64,000 nt of DNA. Origin: Gaiellales bacterium (GTDB taxonomy: Bacteria > Actinomycetota > Thermoleophilia > Gaiellales > Gaiellaceae). The position numbers were made by a program, and so were the translations under genes. The notes beneath the pieces are model-generated. The model saw only the letters and a list, made by a program, of their open reading frames with translations. It was not told the origin of the DNA and made no database searches. The stretch lies in NCBI GenBank assembly GCA_038237925.1, contig JBBRYF010000010.1, forward strand, positions 14,133 to 78,132, written 5' to 3'. This document shows positions 9,207-18,934 of this stretch, in pieces; position 1 is the first letter of the stretch, and the number at the start of each line of letters is the position of its first letter.

Positions 9207-11921
9207 CGGCTCGAGCTCGACTCGGCAGACAGTCTGCGAACGAGCTCTGTCCGGGAGTGGACGCCGAGCTTCTGGAAGATGTGGCGCAGGTGCGTCTCGA
9301 TCGTGTTCGTGCTGAGGAAGAGCCGCTCGGCGACGGCCCGGTTGCTGAGGCCCTCCGCGACGAGCTCCGCGACCTGTCGCTCCCTCGCGGTCAGCTCGCC
9401 TCCGCCCGGCGCAGCGCGCCGTCGGAGCCGCTGACCCGACGCTGCGAGCTCCGCACGAGCACGAGCACTCCAGAGCTCCGAACCGAGCCGGTCCAGCTCT
9501 TCCTGAGCCTCACTCAGCCTGGCCCGCGCCTCGGCGCGCCGCTTCGACCGGCGCAGGCGCATCCCCCAGCAGAGGATCGTTCGCGCGCGCTCGAGCGGCC
9601 TCGGCTCCTCCTGGTGGTACGCGAGCGCCGCCTCGAACGCCGTGTCGAAGGCCTCGGGGCCTGCGAGCAACCCACGGCAGCGCTCGGCGATCGAGAGGGC
9701 ATAGGGCCTGCCGATGCTGCGAGCGCTCGCGTCGAATCGTTCCAGCAGGTTGGAGGCCTCGGCCCGACGGCCGGCGAGTAGCAGCGCCTCGACCAGTTCG
9801 CCCGTGACGATCCACACCTCGGCCTCGGGTCGGTGGCCGCGGAGCGTCAAGGTGCGGAGCGTGCGCCGCAGCGTCGAGACGGCAGCGTCGGCACGCCCGA
9901 GCCCGAGCTCGAGCACGCCGAGTGAAGGGTGCAGCAGAGCGTCGTCGCCGAGGCGTTCCGAAAGGTCGTAGCGCTTGGCGACGAGTTCCCGGCAGGCAAC
10001 CTCGTCTGCCGAATGGGCAGCGCCCCAGGCGAGGTGCCCGAGCGCCTCCTTGTGATCCATCAGCCGGCCGAAGCCGGCCGCCACCTCGAGCTCCTCCCTG
10101 GCGGCCGCGGTCGCTGGGCCGATGCGGCCGCAGACGAACTCGATGCTGAAGAGCCTCTGCAACGCTCCGGTGAGCGATCCGACGGAGCCCGTCTGGCGCG
10201 CGTGCCTGGCAGCGGCGAGGGCGAGCTCGCGCGCACGGTCGTCGAGCCCACCGCTGTGGAGCGCTTCGATCAGCCACAGGGTCGCGTCAGGGTCCTCGTG
10301 GATGAGCTGCGAGCGATCCGCCTCGGCGGCGGCCGCGCGGTGCGCCTCACGGCCTTCGTGCCAACGCCCGAGGCCACCGCACACGTCGGCGTAGGCCGTC
10401 TCGGCACGAAGCCTCGCCACCGGATCGCGCGACCCGGCCAGTCGCCGCGCGTGCACGGCGACGCGCTCGGCGTCGTCGAGCCGTCCTGCGTCGAGCAACG
10501 GCGTCACGGCGGCCGCGAGCAGTCTCGCCGCACGAGCCGGTTCGCTCTGTTCGACGTCGCTTGCCGCTCGCTCCAGCCGCTCGGCCCCCGGGACGAGGCT
10601 CCCGTCGGCGAGCAAGATCGAAGCCTCGAGCGCCGCGGCGTCCACTCCGAGGCCGCTCGCGCCTTCCCGCCTGACCGCGGCGACGAGTCGCTCGGCGGCA
10701 GCCATGTCGCGCCCGGCAAACGCTGCGCGCGCCGCTGCCAAGCGCCGCCGCGTCCGCTCGGGACCGGGCGGAGAGAGCTCGGCGCTGCGCTCGAGCGCCC
10801 AGACCGCGAATCCATTGCCGCCGCGGACTCCGAGCGACTCGACCTCGGTCGCCAGCGCAGAATCCGGCCCGGTCTGCGCGAGCGCGCGCTGCCGTGTCCG
10901 GTCGTCACCGTCGGGAAGGGCTCCAGCCAGCGCTGCGTGGGCCGCGAGCTGTTCATGGCCGTCGGACAGTCCGAGCACGAACGACCGCAGCAGCGGATGA
11001 CTGGGGCTCGACCCGGCCTCCACGAGTGACCACCAGGCTCGACTCCTCGAGCGGCTGGAGTGCCTCGCCTCCGCCGGCGATCTTCGCTGCGACGGTCCGG
11101 TCGCAGTCGGTCGACAACGAGATGGCGAGCAGGGCGGCTCGCGATGCGCTGTCGAGCGCGCCCACACGCGCCCCGAAGAGCCGCTTCGCGATTTCTTGAG
11201 CTTCGAGCCCGGCGGCGCCGCCTGCCCGAGCCAGCTCAACGAGCACGAGCGGGTTCCCGCCAGCCTGCTCGCTGACCTCCGCCTGCAGCGACGGATCGAG
11301 GCCGCTCGCGGCCAACAGCTCGGTCGCCGCCTCTTGATCGAGCGGCGCGAGCCTCAGGCGCTCGAGACCGTCCAGCTCCACCGGCGCCATGAGCGGCTCC
11401 CGGAGGGACACCACGGTAAAGAGCGGGACGTCGTGCAGGCGCCGCGCGGCAAAGGCGAAGATCCCGGCTGAAGCCGCGTCGACCCATTGGACGTCGTCCA
11501 CCAAGGCGAGCAGCGGCTGCTCGGCGGCAGCCGCAGCGAGGAGCGTGGCGGCGCCACCCGCCACCGCCAGGGCGCCGCCGGTCGCGGGACCGAGCCCGAG
11601 CGCGCCGCAGAGCGCTCGTCGCTGAGCAGTGGGCAGCGCGTCGAGACGCCCCAGCAACGGCCGCAAGAGCTCGAGCAGGGACGCGTAGGGTAGGTCGTAC
11701 TCCGACTGGATCCCCCGAGCGTGCAGGACCCGGAAATCCTCCGCTCCGCCCGCGGCCGCTTCGAGCAGCGAGGTCTTGCCGATCCCGGCCTCTCCGGTCA
11801 CCAAGAGGGCGCGCGTCCGTCCGCTTCGAGCTTCTTCGGCGAGGCTCTCGATCCGCGCCAGCTCCCGGGACCGACCTACGAGCTGCATTCGCCCATGGTA
11901 CGCCGGGAGGCGCAAGTTCAC
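9203..11921 (-). pseudogene. large ATP-binding LuxR-family (LAL/MalT-like) regulator, frame broken near 11003-11006
   Basis: ORF 10953-11921 holds the N-terminal AAA/P-loop (GEAGIGKTSLL, DDVQWVD). ORF 9203-11239 holds TPR-like repeats and a C-terminal LuxR HTH (LTARERQVAELVAEGLSNRAVAERLFLSTNTIETHLRHIFQKLGV). The frames swap at a GGGG/CCCC run. The true start may be the internal ATG at 11888. Confidence 0.75.
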
Positions 11922-11967
11922 GGTTTTCCGTGATTCGAGCGCGCGGAACGCGTCCTAGGCTGGCCCC

Positions 11968-12693
11968 ATGAGTCGACCTGCATTGATCACCGTCGCGGTG
12001 GCCGTCTGTCTCTGGATCCCCAGTGGCGGCCTCTCGGCTGCCGTCGAGTCGTCGGCCCCGATGCAGATCACGGTCGTCGACACGGTGACCGGCCAGACGA
12101 GCGGAGGGCTCAAAGGAACGTTCACCGCGTCGGGCCTGGTCTGTCCTTCCGGCACCTTCACCGAGACGGAGACGGGCTTCGCGAGCGCCACCGTGCACAC
12201 CTGCGACGATCGCAGCGGCACGTTCGACACCTCCCACCGCTCGACGACCGGCGTTGGAAAGTGGACGCTCACCGGCGGCACGGATCGTTACGTGACCCTG
12301 CGGGGCAGCGGCCCTTGCGAGCTACAGACCCTCGCGGACGGTACGCGCGTGCGCACGTGCCGGCAGCTCGCCGCCTTCGACGATGTGGCTCCCTCGGCCT
12401 CGATCACGCGCTTCACCGTCTCGGCGGCGCCTCGCAAGCGCTCCACCGTACGAGCAAGCTTCGTCGCCGCCGACGACGTGGCCGGGAACCCGGTCACCTT
12501 CAAGGTGGTGCTCGCAGTAGGCAGCCGCGCGTTGGCGATCAAACGCGGGACAACCACGGGCGGTCGGCGCTCGTTCGTTGTTCGGATCAAGGCCCCTGCT
12601 GCTGCTCGCAAGTTGACCATGAGTCTGGCGGTGGCCGATCCGGTCGGCAACGCCGGCACGATCCGCCGGGTTGCCCGCTTTCCTCGCCGCTAG
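11968..12693 (+). CDS. secreted hypothetical protein
   Basis: 241-aa ORF with an N-terminal signal-like segment and a Thr/Gly-rich beta-type sequence. No recognisable family. Confidence 0.5.
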   Translation: MSRPALITVAVAVCLWIPSGGLSAAVESSAPMQITVVDTVTGQTSGGLKGTFTASGLVCPSGTFTETETGFASATVHTCDDRSGTFDTSHRSTTGVGKWTLTGGTDRYVTLRGSGPCELQTLADGTRVRTCRQLAAFDDVAPSASITRFTVSAAPRKRSTVRASFVAADDVAGNPVTFKVVLAVGSRALAIKRGTTTGGRRSFVVRIKAPAAARKLTMSLAVADPVGNAGTIRRVARFPRR

Positions 12694-13373
12694 GCGGGAC
12701 GCACAAACAGGCCGGCGGCGGCCTTCTCGGCGATCGGTTGGTCGTGGCCGTTCAGGCGCACGGTGAGCTGCTCGGCCGCCGGCTGCGCCTCTCCCATTTC
12801 GACCGCTGCCCCCGGTACGAAGCCCTGGTCGTAGAACCAGTGCAGCAGGTCGCCGTCGTGCTCGGCCAGGCGGACGATCTCGGCGTGCTTGCCCGGCGCC
12901 AGGTCGGCCAGGGCCGAGAGCTCCCGGTTCTCGGCTTGCTCGAAGTCGGTGTCGACCGGCCAGCCGTGCGGGCAGCGGTCGGGGTGGCCGAGCTTCTCGC
13001 TGACGCGCTCGATCATGTCGTCGCTGAAGCTCTCGCCGATCTCGTCCGCGTGCACGTGCGCCTCCGCGGCGGTGTAGCCCATGAAGTCGGTGAGCAGCCG
13101 CTCGACGATCCGGTGCTTGCGCACGACCTGCTCGGCCCGCTCGCGGCCGGGCGCGGTGAGGATCGCCTCCTTCTGCTCGCCGCGCTCGACGAGCCCGTCC
13201 GACTCGAGCCGCTTCAGCATCTCGCCGGCCGACGCGCGCGAGACGCCGAGCATCTCGGCCACGCGCGAGGCGAGCGTCGGCGACCCCTGAGTCTGCGGCC
13301 GGTACTCGCCGATCGGGAAGGCAAGGAAGTAGATCGTCTCGAGGTACTCGTCGACGGAATGTCCCTGCGCCAT
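12690..13373 (-). CDS. DtxR/IdeR/MntR-family metal-dependent transcriptional repressor
   Basis: 227 aa: winged-helix N-terminus (DEYLETIY...VSRASAGEMLKRLESDGLV), a metal-binding/dimerisation core (HRIVERLL...H.HADE) and a C-terminal FeoA/SH3-like domain. Divergent from the ZIP transporter gene. Confidence 0.85.
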   Translation of the reverse strand: MAQGHSVDEYLETIYFLAFPIGEYRPQTQGSPTLASRVAEMLGVSRASAGEMLKRLESDGLVERGEQKEAILTAPGRERAEQVVRKHRIVERLLTDFMGYTAAEAHVHADEIGESFSDDMIERVSEKLGHPDRCPHGWPVDTDFEQAENRELSALADLAPGKHAEIVRLAEHDGDLLHWFYDQGFVPGAAVEMGEAQPAAEQLTVRLNGHDQPIAEKAAAGLFVRPA

Positions 13374-13397
13374 GGGGGAAACTCTACTCCCGAGCTG

Positions 13398-13417
13398 CTG
13401 TAAGGGCGCCCTTACAG
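13398..13417. promoter_or_regulatory. perfect 20-bp palindrome, candidate operator of the DtxR-family repressor
   Basis: CTGTAAGGGCGCCCTTACAG is centred in the 65-bp divergent spacer between the repressor gene (start 13373) and the ZIP transporter gene (start 13439). Confidence 0.6.
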
Positions 13418-13438
13418 AAACTGCTACCGTCGCACCGA

Positions 13439-14269
13439 ATGTCCACCGGACACATCCTGCTGCTCGGAGCCGTGGCGGGCCTGACGATCTTCATCGGCCT
13501 GCCGATGGGCCGGCTGCACGATGTCGGCCAGAGCTTCAAGGCATTCCTCAGCGCGACGGCCACCGGTGTCCTGCTCTTCCTGCTCTGGGATGTGCTCTCC
13601 CAGGCGATCAATCCGGTCGAGTCGGCGCTCAACGCGTCGAACTGGAGCCGCTTCTCGTGGCTCGCGGCGCTCGCGTTCGGCGGCTTCGCCTTCGGCCTGC
13701 TGACGCTCGTCTACTACGACGCGTGGATGAAGGCGCGGCGGCGAAAGAGCTTCCTCGGCCCGGGCGCGGCGTCGGCCACCGAGCTCGAGCGCTCGCACTT
13801 CGTCGGCCTCACTCCCGCGCGCTGGCTCGCGCTTTTCATCGCGAGCGGGATCGGTCTGCACAACTTCTCCGAGGGCCTCGCGATCGGCCAGGCGGCGGCG
13901 CTCGACAAGCTGAGCCTCGCCTACGTGCTCGTGATCGGTTTCGGCCTGCACAACGCGACCGAGGGCTTTGGCATCGTGGCCCCGCTCACCGGGGATGCCG
14001 AGCGGCCGAGCTGGCGCTTCCTCGGGTTGATGGGCGTGATCGGCGGCTTCCCGACCTTCTTCGGCACCCTCGTCGGCCAGGCCTGGACGTCGACCGCGGT
14101 CTCCGTGCTCTTCCTCGCGCTCGCTGCGGGCTCGATCCTCTACGTCGTGATGGAGCTGCTGAACGTCTGCCGGCTCTTCTCGAGCAAGACCGTGACGGCG
14201 TGGGGCTTGCTGCTCGGGCTGACGCTCGGATTCGCCACGGACTTCGTGCTCGTCGCCGCCGGCGTTTAG
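13439..14269 (+). CDS. ZIP-family divalent metal transporter
   Basis: 276 aa with multiple TM helices and paired GLHNFSEGLAIG / GLHNATEGFGI motifs typical of ZupT/ZIP. Confidence 0.8.
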   Translation: MSTGHILLLGAVAGLTIFIGLPMGRLHDVGQSFKAFLSATATGVLLFLLWDVLSQAINPVESALNASNWSRFSWLAALAFGGFAFGLLTLVYYDAWMKARRRKSFLGPGAASATELERSHFVGLTPARWLALFIASGIGLHNFSEGLAIGQAAALDKLSLAYVLVIGFGLHNATEGFGIVAPLTGDAERPSWRFLGLMGVIGGFPTFFGTLVGQAWTSTAVSVLFLALAAGSILYVVMELLNVCRLFSSKTVTAWGLLLGLTLGFATDFVLVAAGV

Positions 14270-14389
14270 TCGCCTGACGCCACGAGCTCGCGCGTCCGGC
14301 TGCATGATCTGGAACGCCTGGGCCGCTACGGCACAGCTCCTGCCCCGGAACGAGCGATCTCGCGACATCAGGCAACTAGCCTCTCCCGT

Positions 14390-16312
14390 GTGCGCTTCGG
14401 AACGGTAGTCCCGCTCGTCACGACGCGCGCCCTCGGCGGGCGCGAGTTCACCTACGAGCTGCCGGACGGCGCGGGCAAGGGCGCGGTCGTCTCGGTGCCG
14501 TTCGGGCGAGGGCGAACCCGTGGCGTTGTGGTGGAGGTCGTCGGCGCGCCGCCGGACGGCGTGAAGGCGCTGCCGGTCGAGCAGGTCGTGCACGAGCTGC
14601 CGCCCGCGCTCGTCGACCTCGCGCTCTGGCTGGCCGAGTACTACGGCTCGACGCCGGCCCGCGCGCTCGAGCTCGTCGCGCCGGTGCGCCGGGCCCGACG
14701 CAAGGAGCAGGCACCGCCGGCCGAGCGGCAGTCGCTCGAGGGCGAGGCTCCGCCGGACAAGCTGAGCGAGACGCAGCAGGCGGCGCTCGCCCGCATCGAG
14801 GGCGCGCTCGAGGCCGGCGGCGGCTTCTTCCTGCTTTACGGCGCGACCGGCAGCGGCAAGACCGAGGTCTACCTTCAGGCCGCCGCCGCTGCGCTCGAGC
14901 GCGGGGTCGGGACGATCGTTCTCGTGCCGGAGATCGCGCTCGCGCCGCAGACCGTCGGCCGCTTCCGCGCGCGCTTCGGCGACTCCGTCGCGATCCTCCA
15001 CTCCGGCCTGACCGACGCCGAGCGGCGCGACGAGCGGGAGCGAATTGCGAGCGGCGCGGCGCGCATCGTCGTGGGCGCGCGCTCGGCGATCTTCGCGCCG
15101 ATGCACGGCGTCGGCCTGATCTGCGTCGACGAGGAGCACGACCCGTCCTACAAGCAGGAGTCCGACCCGCGCTACGACGCGCGTACGGTCGCCGCGAAGC
15201 GGGCTGCGCTCGAGGGCGCAGTCGCGCTCTACGGCAGCGCCACGCCGCGGCCCGAGAGCTGGGAGCGGCTCGAGCGGCTCGAGCTCGGCGAGCGGCTCGG
15301 CGCGCGGCTCCCGCCGGTGCGGATCGTCGACCTGCGCCGCGAGGCGGGCTACCCGCTTTCCGGCCCGTTGCTCGCGGAGCTCGGAAAGCTCGAGCAGAAC
15401 GGTGGCAAGGCGATCCTGCTGCTCAACCGCCGCGGGATTGCGCCCGCGCTCCACTGCCGCGCTTGCGGGACGACCTTCCGCTGCCCGCAGTGCGACGTCG
15501 CACTCGTCCTGCACCGCGACGAGCGGCTGCACTGCCATCACTGCGGGCACTGGGAGCCGCGGCCCGAGGAATGCCCCGTCTGCCGCTCGGTCGAGCTGGC
15601 TCGGATCGGCGCGGGGACGCAGCGACTCGAGCGGGAGCTCGCTGCCAAGGTTCCGGAGCTCGAGCTGATCCGGCTCGACGCCGACACGGCGTCGGACCCG
15701 GAGGAGCTCGCGGCCGCCCTGCGCCGGTTCCGCGCGACCGACCGCTCGGTGCTGCTCGGCACCCAGATGGTCGCGAAGGGCCATCACTTCGCCGGTGTCG
15801 CGCTGGCCGCGGTCGTCGACGCCGACACCGGCCTCGGGCTCCCCGACTTCCGCGCCGAGGAGCGGACCTTCCAGCTCGTGACGCAGCTCGCGGGGCGGAG
15901 CGGCCGTGACGCGCCGGGACGCGTGATCGTCCAGACCTTCCAGCCCGACGCGCGGCCGCTGGCGCTCGCGGCCAACCATGACGTGCCCCGCTTCCTGACC
16001 GACGAGCTCGCGCGGCGGAAGGAGCTCGGCTACCCGCCGTTCCGGCACCTCGTCCGGATCGTCGCGACGGGGCCGGACGAGCGCGGGCCGGCGGCGCTGC
16101 TCGAGGAGCTGAAGGCCGGGATCGGCGACGAGCTGCTCGGGCCGGCGCCGCTCCTGCGCCTGCGCGGCCGCTACCGGTCGCAGCTCGTGGCGAAGACGGC
16201 CGAGCCGCGCCGAGTGGCCGCGCGGGCGGCGCACCTCCTTGCCGCCGCGGCGCCCGCGATGAGCAAGGCACGACTGACCGCCGTGGTCGACGTGGACCCC
16301 CAGAGCCTCTGA
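14390..16312 (+). CDS. priA: primosomal replication-restart helicase PriA
   Basis: 640 aa with GATGSGKTEVY, DEEHD and the Cys-rich zinc module CRACG...CPQCD...CHHCG...CPVC. Confidence 0.9.
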   Translation: MRFGTVVPLVTTRALGGREFTYELPDGAGKGAVVSVPFGRGRTRGVVVEVVGAPPDGVKALPVEQVVHELPPALVDLALWLAEYYGSTPARALELVAPVRRARRKEQAPPAERQSLEGEAPPDKLSETQQAALARIEGALEAGGGFFLLYGATGSGKTEVYLQAAAAALERGVGTIVLVPEIALAPQTVGRFRARFGDSVAILHSGLTDAERRDERERIASGAARIVVGARSAIFAPMHGVGLICVDEEHDPSYKQESDPRYDARTVAAKRAALEGAVALYGSATPRPESWERLERLELGERLGARLPPVRIVDLRREAGYPLSGPLLAELGKLEQNGGKAILLLNRRGIAPALHCRACGTTFRCPQCDVALVLHRDERLHCHHCGHWEPRPEECPVCRSVELARIGAGTQRLERELAAKVPELELIRLDADTASDPEELAAALRRFRATDRSVLLGTQMVAKGHHFAGVALAAVVDADTGLGLPDFRAEERTFQLVTQLAGRSGRDAPGRVIVQTFQPDARPLALAANHDVPRFLTDELARRKELGYPPFRHLVRIVATGPDERGPAALLEELKAGIGDELLGPAPLLRLRGRYRSQLVAKTAEPRRVAARAAHLLAAAAPAMSKARLTAVVDVDPQSL

Positions 16313-16318
16313 CCTAAG

Positions 16319-16897
16319 ATGCGCGGCGTGGCGGACGAAACGGGTGAGGTACGGACCGACAAGCTCGACGCCGAGGGCGAGGCGCGGCGACGGCTCGCGC
16401 TTGCCCAGATCCGTCAGTACCCGGACCCGGTGCTAAGGATGAAGGCCCGTGAGGTAGAGGAGTTCGACGCCGACCTCGGCAAGCTCGTCGAGCGGCTCGA
16501 GCATCTGCTGCGTGAGGCGAACGGGCTCGGACTCGCGGCGACTCAGATCGGCGTGCTGCGGCGGGTCTTCGCGTTTCTCCCGGACCGGGAGCAGGATCCG
16601 GTCGTGATCGTGAACCCTAGCTTCAGCGCGACCTCGGACGAGCGCGAGAGCGACAGCGAGGGCTGTCTCTCGCTCCAGGGAGTGGTCATCCCGGTCGAGC
16701 GCCATGTGTCGCTGACCGTCGAGGGCAAGGATCCGGCAGGCGCCGATGTACGGCTCGAGCTCGAGGGGCTGCCCGCGCGGATTGCCCAGCACGAGCTCGA
16801 CCACCTCGATGGCATGCTGATCCTCGACCGGACGACGCTGGAGGGTCGCCGGGAGGCGCTCGCAATTCTGCGCCCGCAGCCAATCCTGGTTCGCTGA
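16319..16897 (+). CDS. def: peptide deformylase
   Basis: GLAATQIG, EGCLS and QHELDHLDG motifs. About 30 aa of N-terminal extension, so the start is uncertain. Confidence 0.9.
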   Translation: MRGVADETGEVRTDKLDAEGEARRRLALAQIRQYPDPVLRMKAREVEEFDADLGKLVERLEHLLREANGLGLAATQIGVLRRVFAFLPDREQDPVVIVNPSFSATSDERESDSEGCLSLQGVVIPVERHVSLTVEGKDPAGADVRLELEGLPARIAQHELDHLDGMLILDRTTLEGRREALAILRPQPILVR

Positions 16898-16898
16898 G

Positions 16899-17687
16899 GT
16901 GCGCCTCGCAGTCGCTGCGACCGCTCCGTTCGGCGCGGATGTGCTCGAGCGGCTGGCGGCAAAGCACGACGTTGCCTACCTGCTGACGCGGCCCGACCGA
17001 CCGCGCGGCCGCGGCCGGCGCATGGCGTCGCCGCCCGCGAAGGAGGCCGCCGAGCGCCTTGGGATCGAGGTGCGGCAGCCGGAGCGGCTGGACGACTTCG
17101 ACCCCGAGGTCGACGCGGTCGTCGCCGCAGCCTACGGCCTCTTGATCCCCGAGCCGGTGCTCGAGCGGGCGCTCTGGCTCAACGTCCATCCTTCCCTGCT
17201 CCCCCGCTGGCGCGGCGCGGCGCCGATCGAACGGGCGCTGATGGCGGGCGATGAGGAGACAGGCGTGACGATCATCGAGCTCGTGAAGGAGCTCGACGCG
17301 GGACCGATCGCCGCGCAGCGCGCGTTTCCGATCGCGCCCGAGGACGACTTCGGCACGGTCTCCGCCCGGGCAGGTGAGCTCGCGGCTGAGCTCCTCGAGG
17401 AGGCCCTGCCCGAGCCGCAACTCCGGCCGCAGGGCTCGGAGGGCGTCACCTATGCCGACAAGATCGGGCCGCAGGACCGCGAGCTCGAGTGGAGCCGCCC
17501 GCCGTGGGAGCTGCTCAATCGGATCCGCGCCCTCTCGCCACACATCGGGGCCCGCGCCGAGCTCCACGGGCGGCCGGTCACGATCTGGCGGGCGCGGGTC
17601 GACGACGGGCAACTCGTGCCCGTCGAGGTGCAGCCCGACGGCCGGCGCCGGATGAGCTACGACGAGTTTCTGCGCGGCCTCAGATGA
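16899..17687 (+). CDS. fmt: methionyl-tRNA formyltransferase
   Basis: NVHPSLLPRWRGAAPIERAL and TGVTIIELVKELDAGPI motifs. Confidence 0.9.
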   Translation: MRLAVAATAPFGADVLERLAAKHDVAYLLTRPDRPRGRGRRMASPPAKEAAERLGIEVRQPERLDDFDPEVDAVVAAAYGLLIPEPVLERALWLNVHPSLLPRWRGAAPIERALMAGDEETGVTIIELVKELDAGPIAAQRAFPIAPEDDFGTVSARAGELAAELLEEALPEPQLRPQGSEGVTYADKIGPQDRELEWSRPPWELLNRIRALSPHIGARAELHGRPVTIWRARVDDGQLVPVEVQPDGRRRMSYDEFLRGLR

Positions 17688-18934
17688 ACGCCTCGCCCGC
17701 ACGACGCGCCGCCTTCGAGACGGTGCGCCGCGTCTTCGAGGACGACGCCTATGCCGACCGTGCCTTCCGCGGCGCCGCCGAACGCCTCGAGCCTCGCGAC
17801 CGCGCGCTCGCGCAGCGGCTCGCGTACGGGACCGTCCAGCGAGTGAGGACGCTCGACCACGGGATCGAGGAGCTCGGCAGGCGGCCGGTGGCCAAGCTCG
17901 ACGCGCCGGTGCGGGCCGCGCTGCGGCTCGGTGCCTACCAGCTCGCCTTCTCCGACGTGGCGACGCACGCGGCGGTGAACGAGTCGGTCGAGCTCGTTCG
18001 CGCTGCGGGGCTCGAGCGCGCGGTTAAGTTCGCGAACGCGGTCATGCGGCGACTCGCGCTCGGCCTGCGCGAGCTCGTCGAGTCGCTGCCGGAAGCGACT
18101 GCTACCGAGGCAGCGCTGCGGCACTCGTACCCGGATTGGGTCGCGGAGGCCTGGTGGGGCGATTTCGGGCGGGAGGAAGCGCTCGCGTTGATGCGCGCCC
18201 AGAACGAGGCACCGGAGACCGTCGTGCGCGTCAACGGCCACCGCCGCAGCGCGGTTGCCGGTCAGCCGGACCCGGAGATCCCGGGCGCGCTTCGCATCGA
18301 ACGCGTCGACGAGCGTGAGCTCGCCGCGGGGTTCGTCTGGCCGCAGAGCCGCGGCTCGCAGCTCGCGGGCCTGGCGGTCGGCGCGCAGGCAGGCGAGCGC
18401 GTGCTCGACCTCTGCGCGGCCCCCGGAGGCAAGGCGACCCAGCTCTCGGAGAGCGCGGCGGAGGTCGTTGCCGTCGAGAAGCACGAGGGTCGCGCCCGCG
18501 AGCTCGAGCAGAACTGCCGCCGCCTCGGCGCCAAGAACGTGCGCGTCGTGAACGCGGACGCGTTCGAGCTCCCGGACGATCTCGGCGAGTTCGACCGTGT
18601 GCTCGTCGACGCGCCCTGCTCGGGCCTCGGAGTGCTCGCCGCCCGGCCTGACCTGCGCTGGCGCGGCGAGGCGCTACCGGAGCTACAGCGCGACCTCCTG
18701 CGCGTCGCGGCCGAGCGCGTCAAGCCGGGCGGATCGGTGACCTATTCGGTCTGCACGCTGAACGCGGACGAGAACGAGGTCGTCGTCGACGAGAGCGCCC
18801 TCGCGCCCGAGCCGCTCGGCGACGAGTGGCCGCAATTCGCGCACCCGCGCCGGCCGGAGTTCCTACTCACGCTCCCGCACCGGCACGGAACCTCGGGGTT
18901 CTTCATCGCCCGGCTGCGAAGATCCGCCGCGTGA
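17684..18934 (+). CDS. rsmB: 16S rRNA (cytosine-C5) methyltransferase RsmB/Sun
   Basis: NusB-like N-terminus and a SAM methyltransferase core (DLCAAPGGKAT, DAPCSGLG, YSVCT). ATG 17684 overlaps the fmt stop (ATGA). Confidence 0.85.
   Translation: MNASPARRAAFETVRRVFEDDAYADRAFRGAAERLEPRDRALAQRLAYGTVQRVRTLDHGIEELGRRPVAKLDAPVRAALRLGAYQLAFSDVATHAAVNESVELVRAAGLERAVKFANAVMRRLALGLRELVESLPEATATEAALRHSYPDWVAEAWWGDFGREEALALMRAQNEAPETVVRVNGHRRSAVAGQPDPEIPGALRIERVDERELAAGFVWPQSRGSQLAGLAVGAQAGERVLDLCAAPGGKATQLSESAAEVVAVEKHEGRARELEQNCRRLGAKNVRVVNADAFELPDDLGEFDRVLVDAPCSGLGVLAARPDLRWRGEALPELQRDLLRVAAERVKPGGSVTYSVCTLNADENEVVVDESALAPEPLGDEWPQFAHPRRPEFLLTLPHRHGTSGFFIARLRRSAA

Noticed and set aside
13424-16234. 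A 936-aa ORF on the minus strand. Similar very long antisense ORFs are 2715-4763, 5998-7971, 19401-21323, 23710-25896 and 36538-38391.
   Set aside because: Their translations are Arg/Pro/Ala/Gly-rich low-complexity sequence with no motifs, and they lie antisense to well-supported genes (priA, aroA-cmk-der, the lipoprotein gene, ribD/E, fakA, smc). Long stop-free antisense frames are expected at this GC content.
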